Shown: piece after piece, positions 63,701 through 64,000 of the stretch
Numbering within the stretch: the stretch's first letter is position 1
How the letters are laid out: each line of letters starts with the position of its first letter
From: Nemertoderma westbladi
Taxonomy: Eukaryota > Animalia > Xenacoelomorpha
Assembly: GCA_032718475.1 (NCBI GenBank)
Contig: JAUCBJ010006736.1
Location: 11,044-75,043 of the forward strand
Length of the DNA: 64,000 nucleotides
Reading direction: 5' to 3'
The notes under the pieces: model-generated
What the model was told of the DNA's origin: nothing
What the model saw: the letters and a program-made list of their open reading frames with translations, nothing else
Database searches by the model: none
Program-made: the position numbers and the translations under genes

Positions 63701-64000
63701 TCGTTGAGTGCGTTCAGACTTTGTTGGGCCCACGAGTTGTTCGAGGTGAACTCTAAGGAGGGAATAGTCGTTCCGGACACCCCACCGAGATAGATATCGT
63801 GATCAGAGTAATCTGCGAAAGGATCTATCGGACTAACGTTCGTGTAATTAACAGTAGACAACGGCGAATCGGGATTGGATTCGTTGAGTGCGTTCAGACT
63901 TTGTTGGGCCCACGAGTTGTTCGAGGTGAACTCTAAGGAGGGAATAGTCGTTTCGGACACCCCACCGAGATAGATATCGTGATCAGAGTCATCTGCGAGA
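60682..64000 (-). mobile_element. Penelope-like element (Poseidon type): RT plus GIY-YIG ORF, open to the window edge
   Basis: GLNF.P, ADKGN, YGNPKVHK, SFDV, GLPMGNPISP, RYVDD, LPFLD, VYHKPTH; GIY-YIG VVYQIPC..YIGQT..RLEQH. Confidence 0.93.
63172..64000 (-). repeat. 180-bp tandem repeat (60 aa in frame), at least 4.6 copies
   Basis: TTGTTGGGCCCACGAG at 63181, 63361, 63541, 63721 and 63901. Confidence 0.95.

Noticed and set aside
1-64000. Uni-strand piRNA cluster
   Set aside because: TE fragments occur on both strands (BEL, PLE and Proto2-like minus; RTE, CR1 and RTEX-like plus); cannot be supported without small-RNA data.

Overview
AT-rich animal (probably invertebrate) genomic DNA made up mostly of transposable elements and tandem repeats. 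There is one clear host gene, an intronless HECTD3 E3 ubiquitin ligase (30730..33210, minus). A young, apparently intact BEL/Pao LTR retrotransposon occupies 13936..20432 (339-bp LTRs, ACTGG TSD). Its 5' end plus flank is triplicated as a 1795-bp unit, and each unit carries an inverted copy of the HECTD3 3' flank inside a 20-bp satellite. The window also holds a second, truncated BEL/Pao element joined to a Penelope-like element with in-frame 60-aa repeats, several LINE fragments, many MITEs, and minisatellites that explain most long ORFs in the track. An orphan ORF with a possible PC4-like motif is split by a TTAA-targeting MITE. All calls come from reading the sequence by eye; no searches were run.
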